Below are positions 60,501-64,000 of a stretch of 64,000 nucleotides of DNA, piece after piece. The stretch comes from Spirochaetia bacterium (GTDB lineage: Bacteria; Spirochaetota; Spirochaetia; SZUA-6; Bin103): contig CBDBOV010000006.1 in NCBI GenBank assembly GCA_965208575.1, positions 1,376,001 through 1,440,000 on the forward strand. The letters are read 5' to 3'. The first letter of the stretch is position 1. Each line of letters starts with the position of its first letter. A program made the translations under genes and the position numbers. The notes beneath the pieces are model-generated. The model saw nothing but the letters and a program-made list of their open reading frames with translations. It ran no database searches and was not told the DNA's origin.

Positions 60501-61252
60501 CGGCGCGCTACCTGCAGCGGATCGGCGACCACCCGAAGGCGGCGGAGCAGTTTCGCCGCGCCGGAATGCTGACGTCGGCGGCCGCCGAGTACGAACTCGC
60601 GGGCGACCCCGAGCGCGCCGCGGGGCTCTACCGGCGGCTGGGCGACAACGACGGCCTGCTGCGCAGCCTGACGAGCGCCGGCCTGTTCCACGATGCCGGG
60701 CTGCTGCACGAGAAGCGCGGCGACCTGGATCAGGCAGCCGACTGCTTCCTGCGCCACGCCGAGAGTTCGCCTGAGGCGCGCCAGGAGCTGGAGCGGGAGT
60801 TGCAACGCATTGCGGTCCGCCACACCGGCATGCGCGCCGCCATCCGCATGGCCGCCGTAGGACAGCCGGGGCGGGCGGCGCCGATCTACCTGGAGCACGG
60901 CCATCCCGAGCGCGCCGCCGAGCTGTTCAGCGCCGCCGGCGAGCACCAATCCGCCGCCCGCTGCCTGGCGGAGTGCGGCCGATTGCAGGACGCCGCACGC
61001 GAGGCGGTTGCCGGCGGCGAAGAAGGCACCCGCGAGGCGGTGCACTACCTGGTTGCCTACCTGTATGAGGACGATCACGAAACCCATGATCGGCTCAGAG
61101 AGTTGACCCGTACCGCCGGCCGCCTGTTGCGCGGCGCCGACTACGAGTCCGCGCTGGCGTATTACCTGGCCGTCGGCTCGGCAGAGGGCGCCGGGCGCGT
61201 ACGCGAGGAGATGGCGCGGCGCGATGCCGAGCCGAGCGCGCCGCCGAACTGA
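57596..61252 (+). CDS. UvrD/SF1 helicase with RelE-like N-terminus and TPR-like C-terminal repeats (TRANK1-like architecture)
   Basis: Walker [37 protein letters not shown] and LYVAVTRAR; helical AA..F/Y..AG repeats. Confidence 0.88.
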   Translation: MARNYTLLLHDTVRAHVMSLDARARHRLREKLEFLQEGLWDAGVRVKKLKGSGRAVFEARLSRGDRILFTLGEPPDADASGSGAGATRIYVWGVVKHDDVNAVAERRIVPTNAPFLDFEPAQVEELPDLVADDLGGDYFSPALDQPMAVPVAGRGAVAHGEPLDGASGDAGPQRWLVVDEEEWRRLQAAHQGDHLELYLFLTREQARLLHSEPPLLLSGTAGSGKTTVAVYFLLRHRVRQLAAEPAERGAQSVPTRLRAPAAWAPAPAAASPAVLPAQAAPPRAVAAAGARVSASAAGTPAATGDAVPAGAERALFLTCSAHLKRFSERIYRGLVKATELEDAPEAVRFATLSELLGEILGHAGRPEWQAPPAGLAEFGAILRNHPGAARYDTELVWEEIRSIIKGAKPPVSRRRFAELAARFVAAQASARDRAELAEYVVRLANLEAGARLDGVRARKTAFGSLEEFAAGLRDGLALRRDEQSFLLDAAGRFLDKQSARLDQPLLTLREYEGLGHKRAPNFPFDRRDIHRIAEYYQKRLEADGRYDEIDQTRAALQYLERHGDWFRYDLVVCDEVQDFTDMQLALLFRLAGDPRRTVLTGDPKQIINPSGFRWEEVRARYYERGLPVPPVINLSINFRSVGNVVSLANEVLLLKRALIGLGGGEITERWTFRGRPPLLVDGVAEAGLLEAIRRGGAGQVVLVRTAAERDRVRAVLQSELVFTIGEAKGLEFDAVLLWRFPTALGSAAIWRRIAAGQVRGAADAPHVRHELNLLYVAVTRARNTLLIWDGEQVSPIWGIDELAGQVDRSADAADIDNLWQRVSTPAEWRAQGDYFMQRERFAAAEECYRNAQAATEEELARAHRLEREGELEAAARVFVRLGRVPRAAEGLERAGAFPAAAHMWRRAGNEMRAMACEAKQAEAAGDHAAAAAQWQQLGVEEGVLRNWQRGGEHGKLAQFYLDRRIPSEAARYLQRIGDHPKAAEQFRRAGMLTSAAAEYELAGDPERAAGLYRRLGDNDGLLRSLTSAGLFHDAGLLHEKRGDLDQAADCFLRHAESSPEARQELERELQRIAVRHTGMRAAIRMAAVGQPGRAAPIYLEHGHPERAAELFSAAGEHQSAARCLAECGRLQDAAREAVAGGEEGTREAVHYLVAYLYEDDHETHDRLRELTRTAGRLLRGADYESALAYYLAVGSAEGAGRVREEMARRDAEPSAPPN

Positions 61253-61323
61253 GCAGACTGAGCAAGGCGCGGGTTGCCGGCCGGCCGTCCGCGCCGGTAG
61301 AGTGGCGCCCGGATGGAGGGCTG

Positions 61324-62421
61324 ATGGAGCGATTGCGGGTCGGCGTCGTGGGATGCGGCAAGATCAGCGCGGCCTACTTCAAGGGCTGCCGGGAGTTCCC
61401 GATTCTGGACGTGGTGGCGTGCGCCGACCTGGTGGCCGAGCGCGCGGCGGCGCAGGCGGCGGAGTTCGGCATCCCGCGCGCGCTCACGCCGGAAGCGCTG
61501 CTCGCCGACGACGGCGTCGACCTGGTGGTGAACCTGACCATCCCGGCCGCCCACCACGCGGTGTCGCGGGCGGCGATCGATGCCGGCAAGCACGTGTGGA
61601 GCGAGAAGCCGCTGGCGGTGCAGCGCGCCGAGGGCGAAGACCTGGTGCGCGCCGCCCGCGACGCGGGGGTGCTGCTCGGCTGCGCGCCGGACACCTTCTT
61701 CGGCGGCGGCCACCAGACCTGCCGCAAGCTGATCGACGACGGCTGGATCGGCGAGCCGCTGCACGCGGCGGCGTTCATGGCCGGCCCCGGCCACGAGAGC
61801 TGGCACCCCGATCCGGCGTTCTACTACCAGCCCGGCGGCGGGCCGATGTTCGACATGGGCCCCTACTACCTGACCGCCCTGGTGCACCTGCTCGGCCCGG
61901 TGCGCCGCGTCGCCGGCCTCACCCGCATCACCCGGCCCGAGCGGCTCATCACCAGCGCACCGCGCCGCGGCGAACGCATCACGGTACGGGTGCCGACCCA
62001 CGTGCAGGGCCTGTTGGAGTTCGCCGGCGGGGCGCAGGCGGTGATCGTGACCAGCTTCGACGTGCAGGCCGCGCACCTGCCGCGCATCGAGGTGTTCGGC
62101 AGCGACCGGACGCTGTCGGTGCCCGATCCGAACGGGCCCGGCGGACCGGTGGCGGTCGGCCAGGCGCGCAGCGAGTGGCAGGAGGTGCCGCTCACGCACG
62201 GCTACACCACCACCAGCCGCGGCATCGGCGTCGCGGACATGGCCCACGCGATCCGCACCGGCCGCCCGCACCGCGCTTCCGGCGCCCTCGCCTTGCACGT
62301 GCTCGACGTGATGCACGCCATCCACGAAGCGGCGGCCGAGCGCCGCCAGGTGGAACTCACCACCACCTGCGAGCGCCCCGCGCCGCTGCCGCTCGGCCTG
62401 CAGCCCGGCAAACTGGACTGA
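61324..62421 (+). CDS. Gfo/Idh/MocA oxidoreductase
   Basis: [18 protein letters not shown] and [12 protein letters not shown] motifs. Confidence 0.93.
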   Translation: MERLRVGVVGCGKISAAYFKGCREFPILDVVACADLVAERAAAQAAEFGIPRALTPEALLADDGVDLVVNLTIPAAHHAVSRAAIDAGKHVWSEKPLAVQRAEGEDLVRAARDAGVLLGCAPDTFFGGGHQTCRKLIDDGWIGEPLHAAAFMAGPGHESWHPDPAFYYQPGGGPMFDMGPYYLTALVHLLGPVRRVAGLTRITRPERLITSAPRRGERITVRVPTHVQGLLEFAGGAQAVIVTSFDVQAAHLPRIEVFGSDRTLSVPDPNGPGGPVAVGQARSEWQEVPLTHGYTTTSRGIGVADMAHAIRTGRPHRASGALALHVLDVMHAIHEAAAERRQVELTTTCERPAPLPLGLQPGKLD

Positions 62422-62493
62422 TCCTCAATCTCTGGAACCGGAACGACCACGCCACGTTGACGGCTCGTGGCGCGGTCGTGGTAATCAGGGGCC

Positions 62494-63123
62494 ATGACCA
62501 ACGACTCATCGACGGACTATCCCGTCCAGTTCCGCGTCGAGTACCCAGAGGGGCAGCGTGACCGCGGTTCGGTGCTGGTCCGCATCCTGCTCGCCATCCC
62601 CATACTGATCGTTTCCGGCCTGCTGTCCGGCAACTTCCCGCTCGACGATGCCGGCATGACCCGCGCGCAGGCGTCGTTGGCGGGCGCCGGCCTGTCGATC
62701 GCCACCGCCCTGATGATCCTGTTCCGCCACAAGTACCCGCGCTGGTGGTTCGACTTCATGCTCGCGCTGTCCCGCTTCAGCGCCCGGATCGGTGCATACC
62801 TGCTGCTGCTGCGCGACGAGTACCCCTCCACCGACGAGCAGCAGGCCGTGCACCTGGACATTGCCTATCCCGACGTCGCCGGGCTCAACCGCGTGCTGCC
62901 GCTGTTCAAGTGGCTGCTGGCAATCCCGCACTACATCGTGCTGTCGCTGCTGGGCGTGGCGGCGCTGGTGATCGCCGTGGTCAGTTGGGTCGCCATCCTG
63001 GTGACCGGGCAGCAGCCGAAGTGGGCGTTCGAGTTCCTGGAAGGGTTGATGCGCTGGGGCTGGCGCGTCACGGCCTACGCCTTCCTGCTCACCACCGACC
63101 GCTACCCGCCGTTCAGCTTTTGA
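62494..63123 (+). CDS. DUF4389 membrane protein
   Basis: Duplicated halves LAIP..AY..LL.DEYP and KWLLAIPHY..AY..LTTDRYPPF. Confidence 0.85.
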   Translation: MTNDSSTDYPVQFRVEYPEGQRDRGSVLVRILLAIPILIVSGLLSGNFPLDDAGMTRAQASLAGAGLSIATALMILFRHKYPRWWFDFMLALSRFSARIGAYLLLLRDEYPSTDEQQAVHLDIAYPDVAGLNRVLPLFKWLLAIPHYIVLSLLGVAALVIAVVSWVAILVTGQQPKWAFEFLEGLMRWGWRVTAYAFLLTTDRYPPFSF

Positions 63124-63150
63124 TCTCTCGTTGAGTCGAAAGAGACGCGA

Positions 63151-63999
63151 CTAGTAGTCGGAATCGGTTACTCCCGATTCGCGCTCGGAATATTCATCGT
63201 CCGCTACATCGCTGTCCGCAATGGTCGCGGAAGTGTGCGCCATTGGTAGAACTACGCCCAACCGCTTCATAAAAACGCGCTCGCCGACGACGAGGGACTG
63301 AAGCCTCGCTTCGATCAACCCTGCTCTGTCACCCTGACGCAGGAGGGAGATCGACTCTGTCGGGAAGCCATGCGTTGGTAGTAGTTCCTTCAGGAAATCG
63401 TCACTCATACCCTTCAATACGCCGAACGCCTGGCCTACATGGCCGCGATCCAAGAACATGCGGTTGGCGGGGCTACGAATCAAATGTGCGAGTTGAGGTT
63501 GGTTTGAGGAGACATAACCGACCGCCCCTGTCCCCAACGTAGAGAGTAACTGTCCAGGATCGAGAGGTCCGTCTTCGTGCAGAGAACGAGGTCTGAGTGA
63601 CGCCAAATAGAGGAGAAATGTCCTCACGCGGGCGCTTCGACCATCGAAGCGTTCCGGAAACGGTTGTGCCGGCGCTGTCATGTTGACAACGGAAAGCTCA
63701 ACCCCGGCACCACTCGCACTATTGCGCATTTCGCTAAGTGCAAGTTCAGCTTGTGCGCTATTGACCCCACCAAACCAACCGGTAAACGATGTCACCCAGA
63801 ACCACCGCTTGAGTGATTCTTCAACATCCGAGTTTGGCTGGGGACACTGACGAAAGAATTCGCCAAGCATGACCAGTTGGAGACCATATGGTAACAATCG
63901 GTCGGATGTCACTCCAAGTTGGTTGAGAAAACCTAGCGCCGATCGAATCCCATCTGTGGCAGCACTAAACGCGTCTGGAAGGTTTTGGCGTACTATTGG
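63151..63999 (-). CDS. 3' part of a low-GC gene, probably DUF262 (GmrSD-like)
   Basis: The frame is open to the window edge. LLPYGLQL and RWFWVTSF resemble DUF262-protein C-termini; abrupt GC drop. Confidence 0.5.
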   Translation of the reverse strand, partial: PIVRQNLPDAFSAATDGIRSALGFLNQLGVTSDRLLPYGLQLVMLGEFFRQCPQPNSDVEESLKRWFWVTSFTGWFGGVNSAQAELALSEMRNSASGAGVELSVVNMTAPAQPFPERFDGRSARVRTFLLYLASLRPRSLHEDGPLDPGQLLSTLGTGAVGYVSSNQPQLAHLIRSPANRMFLDRGHVGQAFGVLKGMSDDFLKELLPTHGFPTESISLLRQGDRAGLIEARLQSLVVGERVFMKRLGVVLPMAHTSATIADSDVADDEYSERESGVTDSDY

Positions 64000-64000
64000 G

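Noticed and set aside
58778-61087. Long antisense ORFs (also 50473-52647, 32894-34900, 31020-32900, 11891-13573)
   Set aside because: Shadow frames of high-GC genes with no recognisable motifs.

Overview
High-GC bacterial window. The mevalonate genes, ThyX, the Lol-like ABC/OMP operon, expanded family-5 solute-binding proteins and Calx-beta lipoproteins suggest a host-associated spirochaete such as a sponge-type Spirochaetaceae; this is inference only. Bases 1-28.9 kb form a decaying accessory region. It holds four tandem, minus-strand Dpp/Opp-type transporter units (SBP, permease B, permease C, no ATPases), two intact and two broken. They are interleaved with toxin-antitoxin genes and debris, an AAA-PD-(D/E)XK gene and five transposase or IS elements: an unclassified DDE fragment, an rve/ISNCY-like element, ISAs1, IS630, and a 3.4-kb IS1-like cargo transposon carrying an MTase-HNH fusion. 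Two group II intron derivatives flank one SBP gene; one appears to be a full-length ORF-less ribozyme. Bases 29-41.9 kb are housekeeping: mvaS, fni, short purH, a Rieske protein, thyX, and a LolD/FtsX/FtsX/LolA-like/OMP operon. Bases 41.8-49.6 kb are a tandem array of five lipoprotein genes with near-constant Calx-beta-like stalks and a hypervariable Cys-bounded distal domain; this is the best candidate for an undescribed diversifying surface-protein system. Bases 49.7-64 kb hold Fic, hydantoinase A/B, a racemase, a sulfatase, a RelE-like/UvrD/TPR helicase, a Gfo/Idh/MocA oxidoreductase, DUF4389 and the 3' end of a low-GC DUF262-like gene. All calls come from reading motifs by eye; no database search was run.
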